Shown here: piece by piece, positions 25,331 to 38,491 of the stretch
Numbering within the stretch: position 1 is the first letter of the stretch
How the letters are laid out: each line of letters opens with the position of its first letter
DNA from: Takakia lepidozioides
Taxonomy: Eukaryota; Plantae; Bryophyta
Direction of reading: 5' to 3'
Assembly: GCA_030704615.1 (NCBI GenBank)
Contig: CM060733.1
Coordinates: 2,418,001-2,482,000 of the forward strand
DNA length: 64,000 nt
Translations under genes and position numbers: made by a program
Notes under the pieces: model-generated
What the model was told of the DNA's origin: nothing
The model's input: only the letters and a program-made list of their open reading frames with translations
The model's database searches: none

Positions 25331-25996
25331 AGCAGTCCCTTTTTACCTTGGTATTCTGTTTTAGAAAGGAAGTAAAGTACAAACTCAGATGAGGGGTGAA
25401 CCCTCTTAAAAATCTCTGGAGGAGATTACACGGATTGAAATGCATGTTTCGTGCCAGTTCAACCATCTCCGAAATGCTGTTTATTTTCCTCAAGCTGACG
25501 AAAGGCATAGAGATGTATGCTACCTATAACTTGCACTTACAGCTGCAATGCTTCGGTAAAACACCACAGGCTCCCACCGTCCCGGTTAGGTGAGAAACTC
25601 GGTCCGAAATTGCAATGCTATCTCACTGCCAACAACAATCCCGACTGCGGGATTGCCACTACTCTAGCCGGCTTCAGACACCGCTACATTGAGTGAGGGG
25701 TGGAGACATCACACTTTCGTGCGATGGGAAGCCATAAATTTCGCATAGAACTATACTGGTCACACACTTATAATTGCTTGATCATGCCCAACGGAGAGAA
25801 CGACTACGACACCCGAAACTTTGTGGGAATCTTCACTCAACCGAGAAGCATCCACTTGAAATTAAAGCAAACGCCTCGTCACAAAATGAAAAAACAAAAC
25901 TGCCAATCCACAGCTGCAAAGAGTAAGATTCTAGGGGTCATAGAAGAACGCAGGGAAAAAAAACCAACCGGGACAAGTATATGACGAGACCCTTAC

Positions 25997-26198
25997 CTCG
26001 GAGCTGGAGTGGGTTGTCTGTTCGTAGGCCGGAGAAAGCCTGCCGACTCAATCCCTTCAGAGACCGAGGCCTTACTACAAGCCCGCTAGAGTGCGCACTT
26101 GCATTGCAAGATATTCTCAGGGATCTCCGTTCTGCTCCCAGGGAAGGCAACGCTGCCTGCAAGGCGGCGATTGAGAATGCGGCAGCCATCCCAGCCAT
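25997..26198 (-). CDS. First exon encoding a plastid transit-peptide-like sequence; rest of the gene not resolved
   Basis: MAGMAAAFSIAALQAALPS...AFSGLRT is Ala/Ser/Arg-rich with few acidic residues, and is followed by a GTAAG donor. Confidence 0.5.
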
Positions 26199-28356
26199 CG
26201 GAGACCGTTCCTAAAAGCTCGAAAACAAGAGTTTCGAAATTGGCTCCCATCAGCAGGCCTGTCCCCCTCCTTACGAGGGGAACGAGTACTGCAACTTCCT
26301 TCAGGATAATTGTCATCCTTTTTATCCCGCAGGGAAAGGAAGTGAATCTCTTTGTGTATGACTCTGTATCGCATTGATGTCGGAATGTAGAATACAGTAT
26401 AGAATACAATGGTGAACCAGAATAACTATAAGATTTGCTTACAGAAGATGGACAAATTTCTCAAGTCAGCTTTGGGGCTGGCTGCTGGAGCATGGAGATA
26501 TCAGAACATTCACGCCGGTGTGAGCTGCATTCAATGCCTCTCTGACAATCTGATGCAGTTATTGTCGTTTGTGGATTAAAAGAGGCCATCTATGTACTTT
26601 CTTGCACCAAATTTTTCTCTGCACAGTGCAAATGCAGTAGAAACTGGACAGAGTTTGACTCTAGCTGGCTTGATTCTTGCAAAATCCAGGCTCCTCCTCC
26701 TCCTCCTCCTCCTGATTCTTGGCCCACCTTCCAGCTTCACTGTAAACAATTTGATCACATGGAAAATTGGAGGTCTGGATGATTCCCCGAATCAACCAGT
26801 ATAAGGTCCACTCTTATCTGTATATGACTATATACATCTAAATCCTTTGCTACTTACATAGGAGTAGCTATCACATTGAAACCACCAGAGCGCTCCGAGA
26901 TTCGAGACCGGCTACCTATCGCAGTTGCAGCCGGCCGCCTGGACCCACCTCGCCGCTCCCGCGCAGGTAGATTGGAGGGCGGCTACAACTGACTGGTACG
27001 TAAGTCAGCCTCGAGAGGAGAGCTCCACGTTGATCCTGATTCCTGAATCCTGATATTTTGGGTTCCTCCTTCCAAACTTGTGGTGCTGGCTCTTTAATCT
27101 TTATTACAATGGGAAGTGTGATGAGGCCTGGTACAGGGAGTTCAATATTCACAGTGAGTGGGGAATTGATTGCGAGTAGGTATTGGTACTTAGCTCGGAA
27201 TGACAATTGTGGCTTGATTGAAGGACCCTGCATTTGAGGAGGCAAGTACAGTAGTTTAGTTCAGTCGATCATTATTGCTTGAGCAGTAATGCTCACGTTA
27301 CATTAGATGAGGTTGAATGCATGGTTACTAATTATATTGCAATGTTTAAATCCGAGAGCAAGGCAGTTTGGCAACCTCAGGTGGTTTGCATGGTCAGGTC
27401 CACCACAGTTGTGGAGGGGATGACAAACACCTTTTTTGTTATGTAGGTTTGGAGAGTACATATCCATTCAGTAAAGCAGAAGGAAAACAGAGTTGGACAA
27501 TTCTATGCTCAATAAATATGAATGTCCGAGTGAACCTCTTATCTGTACACTAAACAGTGAATGTCAAAGTCTCTGAAATTTGAAGACTGTGTCTGCAGTT
27601 TATATGAAGAAAACCAGTGACTAACTTACATGGCCTTCTGTAGAAAACTGCTTTCCAGTGGCATTAACTCAGGGTAGATCACCCAGTCCAGTTCAGTTCA
27701 GCAAATGCAGCAGTGAGTGCGTGCAGGCTGAAGGCAATCAATTGTGGACACACTAAGCTTTGCACCCCACACATCTAGCAAACCTTTCTTTTGCCAAAAC
27801 CCTGGATGAATCTGATTTGTTACAATACAGTAATTGTAGCATATGCAGTTGCAATGATCAAGTAGAATTTTGTATAAAGAAGGTCCGCGACCGTCAGAAT
27901 CAGAGTCTATTGTACAGGACACTGACAAAGTCTTGTCATGGTCCAAAAAATGGTTTCGCTCATTCAGCCAATAAGGTTCTTTCAAATGCCTCAAATGCCT
28001 CAAACAGGGTCTCATATCAACATACCAACTGGTTTGTGGCAATGCCGTTGAGCCAGAGTGACCTGTCCACACCCTCACTCAAATTCATGAGTCTCCAACT
28101 CCTTCTGCCACTTGTATAAGTGTTCTGATACTCCCCATAGATCCGCCGAGAGATGCATTTCTAGACCTTAAAAGGGAATCACTTTCAACCTGACGTAGCA
28201 GCCACACGTTGCAGAAGATCCTTTTCTATCAATATTGCTCCAAAGAATTTGCCTGGCATGCTCCGCTGTAGAGTTCTTTAGTCTACTGCTGCGAAGTGAT
28301 TGTCACAACAGTCACCAAGCTCAAACAAAAAGTAAAAGGAGTATGGTCATCATGAT

Positions 28357-30249
28357 CTATTTCTTCTTCTTCTTCTTCTTCTTGTCTCCTCCAGCAGGAT
28401 CACCACACGCTTCCATCTTCTGCGCCACCTTTGCCTCAAAAGGAACCACTCTTGTCTCCCAAAATGTTGAGGGGGTGATGTATGTTGTATGCACCTGCCC
28501 CTCTATGTTGAAAACTACGTCAGTGTTCTCAAGGTCTTTTGGAAATCGCCAAGCCAGTGTGTCACTGAATTCACTCTCAGTGAAGTTGACCCCTCCATTA
28601 CTGCCAAAGGGCAACTGGAACAAAGGGTTGAGAGGAACACGTCTGCCCAGCTGCCAGATTGAGCTTTTCGCAGCCATGATCATTGGGTTCAGTCTGTCGA
28701 AACCAGTACCCCGCAGGTTGGACAGTGTCCAGATGAAGCTGCCACCACGCTCCCCATACACTGGGAGCTGTTCCATCTTCCACGGCTTGCCTTCCACCTT
28801 GGACGAGATGGATTTTCCTGCTGCAAAGCCAAATCCTCCTCCTGGAGCAGCCTTGATGTTGGCATGGAACCCTGCCCTGATTGTCTCCCCCGTCCCCACT
28901 TTGTACGAAGTGTTTGTAGACGATCCCGTCATAGACACTGAAGTTCCGCCCGCCGTTGTGGGAGTGACTGAGAGAGAGATCCGAGAAGGAAAGTGACCAG
29001 TCCGGCCCTCCTCCCAGAGAGAATTCTCGACAAAAACCCTCACATGTTGAATACCTACCACAACCTCAATGTAGTTTGGGCCAATCTCGATCGAAAGCTT
29101 GAATTGCACATCTATTTTAGCCATCTGTGGCAACAAGGGTTTGACATACTTGTACCGCCGCATAATACGCTTATCTTCTTTATACGAGCCCTCAATCTCC
29201 ATCAGAAGAGTGGGCACCTCCATCATCACCTCCCATACACCAAACTGGGCCTTTGCCTGGCACTTCCATGGCGAATCGCCCTCCACTTCTTTGCCTTGTC
29301 TGTTTTGGGTTGCATCAGTCCGGCTCCAAATGTCATATAACAGTGTGTCCCTTTCCAGCTTGGCTGTGATTTTCATTACTAGCTTAGCGAAGTCATCGTC
29401 TATTCTGGACCTCAATCTCATGAGATCCTGGACCCGAGCAAGGTCAAGGCCAGATGCGACCTTCCACCCTTCACCAGCGTGATTGTTCTGCTCGTCCCTC
29501 CGACGGAGAATCTCCCGGAAGACAGCGCCATGGCTGTTGGCAGCTGCCACCAGCAGCAGACGCCAGATGACGTAGATGCAGTAGCAAGCCCTTGTGGCGT
29601 CGTGCACAGCTTCCTGTTCACTGCGACTTCCTCTCAGCTCCAAGCTCCCTAACTGTAATGATTGTGTGGCAGGAGGTAGAAGCGCCTTGGTAGCTGCCAA
29701 ACGGCGGCTCCAGTTCTTAGTCATATTAACTTTAACGAACGGATAGTCATCGTCTTTGATTCCTGCAAGCTCGTGACCCATAAGAGCGAGGCCAGCCAAA
29801 CTCGTGGACCTTAAGAGCTCATGGACAACCTCGCTTCTGCCTGTTTCCACAGCTTTCAAAAGTGCAAAAGCCATAAATCTGGAGGCCAACACACTTACAG
29901 CCAGTTCCAATTGTCCTTTTCTCAAAATGCGGACAACGTGGAGGTAGCCACCTTGAGCAGCCTGCACGAGCGCATGCCCCACGACCTGGCCATCCACTGG
30001 GTACTGGATGTTCATCTTTTCTCCCATCCTTCGCTGTGCACGACTGTAGACTGTCCTGAAGAGACGATCAGCGGATGAGTGACACTCCGTTGCATCATCC
30101 CACAGATGCTGCAGGGCAGGCGCGTTGATTTCCACCTTGGCACACGCCAACACCTCCTCCACCTGCGCATCTTCACCTGTCTTTACTGCCCCCAGCTCTG
30201 CATCCTTCAAAGCTCGATGCAGGCTATTGCTGTCGCTACTGTGTTCCAT
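28357..30249 (-). CDS. About 630 aa single-exon protein: N-terminal ankyrin-like repeats plus a beta-rich C-terminal domain of unknown family
   Basis: Long intact ORF. ALVQAAQGGYLHVVRIL, ALLKAVETGRSEVVHELL and LLVAAANSHGAVFREIL resemble ankyrin helices. First ATG at 30249; an upstream exon is possible. Confidence 0.75.
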   Translation of the reverse strand: MEHSSDSNSLHRALKDAELGAVKTGEDAQVEEVLACAKVEINAPALQHLWDDATECHSSADRLFRTVYSRAQRRMGEKMNIQYPVDGQVVGHALVQAAQGGYLHVVRILRKGQLELAVSVLASRFMAFALLKAVETGRSEVVHELLRSTSLAGLALMGHELAGIKDDDYPFVKVNMTKNWSRRLAATKALLPPATQSLQLGSLELRGSRSEQEAVHDATRACYCIYVIWRLLLVAAANSHGAVFREILRRRDEQNNHAGEGWKVASGLDLARVQDLMRLRSRIDDDFAKLVMKITAKLERDTLLYDIWSRTDATQNRQGKEVEGDSPWKCQAKAQFGVWEVMMEVPTLLMEIEGSYKEDKRIMRRYKYVKPLLPQMAKIDVQFKLSIEIGPNYIEVVVGIQHVRVFVENSLWEEGRTGHFPSRISLSVTPTTAGGTSVSMTGSSTNTSYKVGTGETIRAGFHANIKAAPGGGFGFAAGKSISSKVEGKPWKMEQLPVYGERGGSFIWTLSNLRGTGFDRLNPMIMAAKSSIWQLGRRVPLNPLFQLPFGSNGGVNFTESEFSDTLAWRFPKDLENTDVVFNIEGQVHTTYITPSTFWETRVVPFEAKVAQKMEACGDPAGGDKKKKKKKK

Positions 30250-31364
30250 CCGCACACCAACACACACCTACATGTGGTGGCAGGCCGCCACCCCAAGACT
30301 GCAGCCTCGCCTTACTCACTTGCAAGCCCACAGAGCAGCAGCACCTCCGCCTAATAAATCCCCGGACAGGCCTTCAATCTTCTTCTCCGCGGCTCCTAAG
30401 AGAAACCCCAACGTGTCTAGAAACGAAGGCGACCCAGAGCTAGATGTATAAAGCGAGTGCCCCCAGAGTGAGAGAGAGAGAGTGTGTGTGTGTGTGTGTC
30501 TCTGTGTGTGGTACCTGTGATTCCGTGAGTATTTGATCTCTGTGGGATGGTCTGAGCTTTAAGTACCCAAAGCACGGGTTGATAACGACTTGTCAGCTTT
30601 CATACAAGGATAGAGACTCGGGTAGAGAGAGAGCAAAAGGGGCAATTTCATCAAAAAGCTATGGACTTTCTTACCACTCACGCATCCAACAACCATGACC
30701 CACACGAAAAAGCAGATGGAGAAAGAGAAGTGCGGCCGAAGATAATTATGACACCACTTGCGAGCTGAGAAAGAAACCAAAGAGGACTGATATATAGCAC
30801 CGGAGTGCGTGGACTGGGGTGAGACCGAGGTAGGTGGCTTCTAGACCGGATTGCGAGTAAGTGATGAGCCTTGCGCCGTTGAGATTCTGCATTGACGGAT
30901 CCACGACCTTCTGGATCTCGGATGTGCCCAGCGGGTCGTGAGGGAAAGCGCGGATGGACGTTGGACTCCGCGTCGTCGTCCTTTGTCGCTTCCCAAAAAA
31001 ACATCGATAAAAAGAGGGACTTCCGTGCCCTTCTGTTACCAAACCAAATACAGATCATATAGCTGGCCGATGGAGTAGCCGAGATTTGACCTCAGGATTT
31101 CCATCTCTCTATTTTAAATTTAAAAACATTTCGAGATTCCTGAATCCGGCAGTGACCGGGAGGGGCCGCCGGTAGGTCAGCTCGATAGGGCACATTGTGT
31201 CACCCCAGTCGTTCTGGGCTCAAATCCTGCTATCATGTCCTGTGCTGGTATGGTTTTGTGGCTGCTGTGGTATTTGGACGGATGGAAGTCAAACACCTTC
31301 CAGCGCATTAGTTAAAAACGAGAGTGCTAATTGTGGGACGGTTGCCGCCCCGTCGTTGACCGAG

Positions 31365-31840
31365 TGTTGCGGGAGAGGGGCGTCGACGCGGTTGTGGCGA
31401 GCTACATACGGCGGCCATGTGTTTCATGTCTCGATATGCATGAGGTAGAGCCGGATCCACCTACAACCCTGTCATGTTGCTGTGGAGAGGCCCCAGCTGT
31501 ATAGAATCTTGTCCTGGGCAGCTGGAGGGGAAGTTTCAAATTTGAAATCTTGATGGATGGTGGTGGGGAAATGGTCAGTGTTAAGCGAGAGAGGGGGAGA
31601 GGAGCATCAAACGCGGTTGCAGAAGCGTGGCGACTGGCGAGCTATGGCGGCGACCATGTGTTTGTTGTCCCGTCCCGACATGCATTGCTATTATGTTCCT
31701 TCAGGTAGAGCCGGATTCATGTACAACCTTGTGATGTTGCTGTGGAGAGGCCCCACCCGTATTGAATCTTTTTTGGGCAGGAAGGGAAGATTCAAACTTC
31801 AAACCTACGGGAGGGATTGATGGATGGTGGTGGTGATCGT
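31365..31840. repeat. Diverged tandem duplication of about 250 bp
   Basis: AGGTAGAGCCGGAT...TACAACC...ATGTTGCTGTGGAGAGGCCCCA and TGATGGATGGTGGTG occur twice. Confidence 0.75.
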
Positions 31841-32660
31841 CAGCTGAGCAGTGTCTGCTGTTTCTAAGTTTGCGTCATTACAGGGCTCTATCAGGTTGTG
31901 ATTGGGCACCATCATATCCAAATAGTTCCCTATTGTCTGGGAGGTGGAGGTCCATCCATTGCCCCACTAGCACACCACCCGCCGCGTTCTGGCAGGCTCC
32001 TTCTAGACAAGTGTTGTTTTTTGACAGGTAGCCCTACCTTTTTTGTGACACGTTAATTTTTTTTTTTACTTTCACTGTGACAGACAGAAAATGCCTTTCA
32101 CATGACAGGTTGACAGATTTCTGACCTTTCACACAATTTTGTCATATGAAATACGAAAAATGAAAAGAAGTGTGAACTTCTTACCAACTACAATTAGTGA
32201 AGCTCGAGTGTCCGTGGATACATATGGTATTGTCTTTACTATTTTCATGGGTTCCAACCCAAACATGCAGCATTCGTACCACTTATTCTCTAACTATAAG
32301 ACTTTAGCATTTTTAACCTCTTCATACCTTGCCCCAAGCCTCTCTTCTTTGAGAGATATTTTCTTGGCTTATCAATGAGCTAGGAAATACAATATGCCAC
32401 TTGATTGTAAGTTTGTAAGTAAAGATTTTGAGTCATGCATGATGGCCTTGTCGAATTAGGTGCAGTTGTTTGAATATGACACCTCCTCCACAACAAATGC
32501 TTTTGAAACAGGATTAGGAGAGGGACTCAAGAAGAATTTTTCTGGCACTGCTCTGGCTGTGGGTACAAGGTAGTGTAAGGGAGAACAAGTCAACAAGCAC
32601 TCCACGTTTTGAGCCAGCAATTCATTTTGGCCGCCAGACTCCACTACTTAATTGTGCATT

Positions 32661-32772
32661 TTACAAGGGTGTATAAAGAGTAAAGACCTAGAAACTGGAA
32701 AGCAAGTGCATGCCCACATTCTCCAAAATGGATCCGAGCCAAATATCCGTCTACTCAACACCCTTGTAAAAA
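32661..32772 (+). pseudogene. Isolated PPR motif fragment
   Basis: Translates LQGCIKSKDLETGKQVHAHILQNGSEPNIRLLNTLVK. Confidence 0.65.
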
Positions 32773-33629
32773 TAAAAATAAATAAAAAAACCTAAGAATG
32801 GAGGCGGAGCACGGACAAGAAACAAAGAGGGAGAGCCTAGAGGTTTTAAGGCTTGAAACACAAAGACGGGCAGTTGGCCTTTGGTGAGGCTCCCCTAGGT
32901 GGACTTACTAGTAAGATTAACAATAACAACTAACAATTTGTACCTTTTCTAGGTGGACTTACTAATAAAATTGCTAATAACTATCACTAATCTCTGAGAG
33001 ATTCTCTACTCGTAATTTGTACCTTTTAGGCTTTGTGAGCCTCTCCTAGGTGGACTTAGTAATAAAATTACCCCTAATTATCAGAAATTTCTGCCTTTCT
33101 TTTGACAGGCTTTTTTTTTTTGACTTTCATTGTGACGGGCATTTTTTTCTCAATGCCTTTCTTTTGACAGGCAGATTTTTTTTTTGCCTTTTTTTGCCTG
33201 TCAAATGCCTTGTGACAGGTGCAAAAATCAGCCTGTGATCGTTGCTAGGAATTGTGCAAAGAGGTCTGTAGTCTGTATACGGTAGGTTGAAAGTTCGCCT
33301 CCAGCACTACAGTCTGGTCCCTGATTAGTGGCCAACTGGAAGCTCAAAATAAACTCATTGCACTATAATTACGAGGTAGATGATCGGCCAGGGTGTGCGG
33401 TAGACTGGGCTTCACAGAAGAATGCTTTGCCAAGATTATCCCAAAGAGGCTAGGACTTGAACGAGTCATTCATACTAAATTTGGCGTCAACCATTAGATC
33501 ATTGTGTGGGCGCATTGGCCACATTTCGATCCTGCATAGCTTTATAAAAAGACCCAAGTGGGGTGACTGTACAAATGGGTGTAACTGTCCCCAAGAGGAA
33601 ACAACCAAAGCTCGTAGAACTACATATAT

Positions 33630-34431
33630 TAACACAATCACCTACAGCCTGAAGAAGGTCAGACAAAAGGAAAGAGGGTGGATCAGAGAGTGCGGGGAGG
33701 CGAGATGAAGCCGCCCCAGCAACCTCCGCCCGACGTAAAATAGATTGAGCTTGAGCTTTTTGCAAAGCAACAGAAACTCGTTGTCTAAAGAGAGCTACAA
33801 GAACAGAGGCGTATGGGCTTCCAAGGCTTTTGTTTTCTGCTGCATGATGGGCACATGTGCGAAGGAACTCGTTGAACTGATGATGCAAACAACCAAAGAT
33901 CTCGATTGCCAAATGAAGGAATGTGTCTGTGGAATGACGTGCATGATAGTCATGCTCCTTTCCCTGCGCAGCTACTGAAGCGGCAACTCCCTGTGATGAG
34001 GTTGTGCGGGGCAGGAGATCCGACCTAGTAGGATCAGCGATAACAACGTCCGCCAATGTACGTAGTCCGTCCTGTGAGAGAACAATGTCAACCCGTCGTC
34101 GAGTGGAATGGTGATTGTGGGTCGATGGGAGTATGTGCACCTGCTCTCGAATGACATGTATCCCAGCATCACGAGCAACCGCAGCTGCTGCATCGTCCTA
34201 ACACAGAGGGATGCGGAAGACCCAGTCGAACTCGTAGGGAGGTGGTAAATACAGCAGAAGACATACGGAAGGATGCAATGGTTGGTCGTACCGTGAGCCA
34301 TGCGCCTGCTCCGGGCCCTACGCACGAGAGAAGTCTGGCCCGATGTGCATCTGAAGGAGCGTCGAAAAGCATGCTGGCAAATGAGTGTCGGTGCACGCGT
34401 TCCATGATGGTATCCTGTAAATGCTCCAGAC
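33630..34431 (-). mobile_element. 3' fragment of a second CRE-like element (zinc finger and RLE endonuclease region)
   Basis: RRVDIVLSQDGLRTLADVVIADP...AIEIFG...RVSVALQKAQA. Homologous to 1-223 and 10867-11330; cut at 34431 by a hAT end. Confidence 0.85.
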
Positions 34432-35850
34432 CAGTGTTGGGCGGTTTTTGCCTTTGTGAAGGAACCTTCGGTTCCGGTTCCACAAATTTTTGAAGAGACG
34501 GTTCCGGATCCGGATCCGGTTATTTTTTATTAAGGCGGTTCCGGTCCGGTTCAGGTTCTGACTTTTTAACATGGGGGCGGTTCCGGTTACCGGTTAGTTG
34601 CTGGAAAAAAAACGCCGGTTCCCGGTTAGGTTCCGGTTCTTTTTTAAAAATATATTAAATTCTTTTAATTTTTTATTCTTCTAGAAAATTAGATGAACTA
34701 ATCTGATTGGTCATACTGAGAATTTTCAACTAAAACCAGGGAATTTATTAGTAAAACAGAAGTAAATAAACTTATATGTTTTTTGTGATTGTCTTTTATG
34801 GTATATATAACTAGTTATATACGCATGGTCTCCATTAAAAACGGAAAACCAGAGATTTTATAAGTTGTTGTACGGTGTAGCAAAGAACAACTAAAACAGA
34901 CTAACTACATAAGGATCTTAATTCAAAATACAAAACAAATTAAACATGTGTAATTCTATGGTTACCTTTTATGGTGCAGCAAAAGCACAACTAAAAAAAA
35001 CTACATAAATTTGTGTTTTATGGATGATGCTTTGTCAATATAGCATACAACAAACTAAGTACACGGGATGTCACTGAAATTTTCAATAAAAATGACAAAT
35101 AAACAAACTCCAATCAAAGGAGTATAGTGTAATATGTTGAACAATTATTTGTCTCTAAGACAAATCAGTCTACCTCAAAGAGGTTTGCCTCTGCAATCAA
35201 GTCCTCATTCTCATCTAAGATGACTTCTTCCCCATCCAAAAACTCTTTCATGGAAGTACTAAAGCAACCAACTCTAGCATCATTTGGCCAATTCTTGACT
35301 ACACTCACAAGCATATCAAGGTTTTCAATATTTAACCTGCACCGTCTCAAGTTTGTTATGACACCTGCAATACTAAAAACCCTCTCAGCTTCAATCTGAG
35401 ATCCAACTATGCCCAAAATTAGCCGTGCCAAAAATCCCACATACGGAAAGAGAGACTCGTGTTCTTTCCACCATTTCAAAGGAGCCACGCACTCACCTTC
35501 ATTTATCTTCGTCCTTCTGAAATGTGATAGTTGTTCTCTCACCACTGTCAATGTCATGTCTTCATTGTGGTCATGCACACCAAATAAGGACATCTCGTCC
35601 ATTGTGGCAGTGGGCTGTGATTGGGCCGAAGTATCCGGTAAGACCTTGAAACACTTTAACAAAAGAGGCTCTAACACCATACTATCATATTGGGACACAA
35701 TATGCAAAGCACGCTCTTTGCCCACATATTGTGATACCAATGACAACCCCTTGTAACGTGGGTCAAGCATAAGCGCGAGCATATTGTGAGCTTTGCGCGA
35801 TTGAAACCCTTCCAAAAAAGAAAGAAATGGTTCCAAGACACCTCTCGAGC
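34432..35850 (-). mobile_element. hAT transposon 3' end with transposase C-terminal dimerisation domain (35165-~35850)
   Basis: Terminus CAGTGTT at 34432 with many subterminal CCGGTT(C) repeats. ORF motifs LDPRYK, PLKWWK and SQIEAERVFS...RCRL. The other end was not found. Confidence 0.85.
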
Positions 35851-36404
35851 CATCCGCCATTCCAACAATGTCAACTCTGGGGACAGGCCCACCACCAATA
35901 TTGCCCCTGGCTGTACCATGGCTCTGGCGGATGTGCCTAGTGCAAGGGGGCTGACCACCCTGGCGTCTAGGGTTACCTTGTGTGGCAGAGAAGGGCCCAC
36001 CATTATCACGCTGAAGGCTGGTGTGTGAGGAGTGGGCGGGCCCGGCACCAGCCTGCACAGCTGCTGTGTCCCGTTTAGGCCCACGGTTGGGGTGTCTACC
36101 GCCATCGGCCTGTGCCCGTTGTCGGCCATCGCTTTCCACCATCTTCACCTCTACGCTGCCCGCTGTCGGCACGTCTGCACTACAGTCTAATAGAGATCTG
36201 ACTCTGTATATCAGGGCGTTGCTTTTCCTGTGACGGACGTGGGACTTCACAAAGTGTCAGGGTTGCTTTTCACAACGGAGCTTGCAATTGGAGCTGAGTT
36301 TTCACTCACTGTCACTAACTGTGCCAAAGGTGTGGCCCACACTATGAGTTTCTTGGAACTCTCAGGAGAACGGTCTGGAGAGGTTCCATGCTTGGCACAT
36401 TTTA

Positions 36405-36600
36405 GGGCCACTTTACACCAAGGACCAAGACCAAGACCAAGCAGAAATGGAGCATTCTTATTGGTCAAGGGCCGAAAATTGGTCCCAAGGGCTTTACACT
36501 AGCGACCAAGCCCAAAAGACCAAAGCGGGCCAATATGCTTACATGGCCAATATGCTTACATATGCTCCTTTTGCACTATATGAACAAGGGAGACATAGCA
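36405..36600. mobile_element. PIF/Harbinger-like terminus (one end only)
   Basis: TTA followed by GGGCCACTTTACAC, the same terminus and subterminal sequence as the MITE at 55950. Confidence 0.65.
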
Positions 36601-37633
36601 GAACAATGGATACTACTTGTGAGAGGACTTGAGGAAACAATCATCATAGCATTGGGTTGCCCCTCTCCAGGGATCTACACTCTACTTGAGGTTTTAACAT
36701 TCTATTAATGACATACCTTTCTCTCACTATGTATAACTGTGAGCTACCTTATCTTGTCATATAGAAAACCCATTAAGCATTCTACCTACCTCTATGGCAA
36801 GTCGAAGATGGAAGGGAAACCTGTATTTCTACATGTTGGATCGTCTACAGGCATACCACCACCTACCCCAATCACCTCTGTAGAGATGGAGTCAATGTTG
36901 AATCTTGATGAAGAGGACGTGTGATACCAGCCTTCCTGGATGGCTGTTGTTGTCTAAAAGGTTTGATCTACTCTGGATAACAGATTTGTTCTTGTCAAGA
37001 CAAGCCAAACCCCATCTCTCTTTCTCCATAGAAGAAACTCTCTTGCTCTGCTCATTTCTGTGTCAGCTAGCTGGAAGGTGGAGTTGGCCTATCCTCATTG
37101 TGCCCAGCAAGGATGGCTTACTCGCTGACGCCATTATCAGGCTCCCTAGAAGCACATGTGTATCATGCTGAATACTGCATAGTTTCTCTCACCCGAATCG
37201 GTTGCATTTTGATCTCCACTAGTTGTGTCATCTCTTGAGAACGAGGACCTCAAGCTAATATTTGGCAGTGAATCTACCACTTTGGATCGGTGATGGGGTT
37301 TTGTTTCCTCTTAAATAAAAATAATATGAGGGGATGGAGGCCCTCGAAATTGATTGCAGATGGTGGAAAAAATAACCACCGGTAAGGCCGTGGAGGCTTA
37401 GAGTGGGGACTCCTCCCTGTAACCTTGCAATCTAGCAAAAGATAAAGAAAGAAGTGAACATGAAGTCCTGAGTACGAGAGAACAGAATGCAACCAATCCT
37501 TGTGGAGCTTTTTTTTTAACCCAGAGGCCCCTTTTTATTTTATTATCAAGGAAATATAACCTTGTGAACGTCATGAAAGCTGACACTGCTCTGTAACCAA
37601 GTTCAGAGGAACAGGAGGAGAAAGATGATGCAG

Positions 37634-38491
37634 CTACAGGAGCCTAGACAAAGCAAGGTCTAATAGCTCTGCGTCTCTTGCGCTTCGGTACGTCAGAAGG
37701 GAGCTGAGTTTTAGATTTAGCTTTCCTAAATCTACGTCGGTGCTTCCAGTCGTTTCCATCAGCAGGGGAGCATCTGGCGCTATGCGAACTGCCAGCTGGC
37801 AGCAGGGCGGGAGGGTGTCCTTCCATTCCACTCTAGAATCTGTAATGCGCCTGCAGAGGAGGTTTCCTTTCCCCCAGGAATTGTAAAAGGATGAGAGCAG
37901 CTTGGCTCGGCTTCTGCTGCCACATCTTTGAAGAGCTGCAAAAGTCGCACACCAAGATTTCCGAGCTTCAGACATCAAGTCTGAGTGAACTTTAAAAATC
38001 ACCCTTCGAACACAAGGAACTATCCCATCGAAGGTCCAAGAGCATCTGGCCTTCCAGATGTTCCATAGAACAAGTCCACGCAAGGCATCCCACACAGGAT
38101 AAGTGCGAAAGATAACACCAATTTTGATATTAAGCAGAAGCATAGAGACAGGGGAGAGGTCCACAGGGTTCCCAAAGGGAGTAGAAATTTTTGGCCTGTT
38201 CCCAAACTGAGAATGTAAAGGGACAATTGACCAGACAGTGCTCAATGGTTTCAGGAACCAGCAAATTGCATGAAGGGCAATCAGTTCACGCCAAATTGCT
38301 TTCCATGGAAGTAAAGGTAGGTGAGGAAGATGAGCCGACTTGGTAGACCATTTACGATCTAAAGCTATGAGGAGCTTGTAACCCATTTTGACAGTATAAA
38401 GCAAAGAAAGGGGCCCTTGTTCATCCAAAACCACCAGGGTCTGAAGATTGGGGCTGAGAGGAACCAGGTAAGATTTCCAATATAAAGCCAA
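37634..38491 (-). mobile_element. L1-type LINE ORF2 3' remnant
   Basis: PWKAIWR and LWNIWKARCSWTFDG motifs, typical of the plant L1 ORF2 C terminus. Confidence 0.7.

Noticed and set aside
25500-26198. Identifying the transit-peptide exon as ClpC or another named plastid gene
   Set aside because: The FSGLR similarity is generic, and no downstream exon gave an open, recognisable mature domain.
26916-28119. ORFs of 109-126 aa as genes or LINE ORF1 remnants
   Set aside because: No motif I can support confidently.
28235-28996. 253-aa plus-strand ORF
   Set aside because: It is an antisense shadow of the long minus-strand CDS, with no motifs of its own.
35851-36250. N-terminal half of the 361-aa ORF as part of the hAT transposase
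   Set aside because: Composition shifts abruptly to GC-rich sequence with no transposase motifs. It is probably a chance in-frame fusion at a rearrangement junction.
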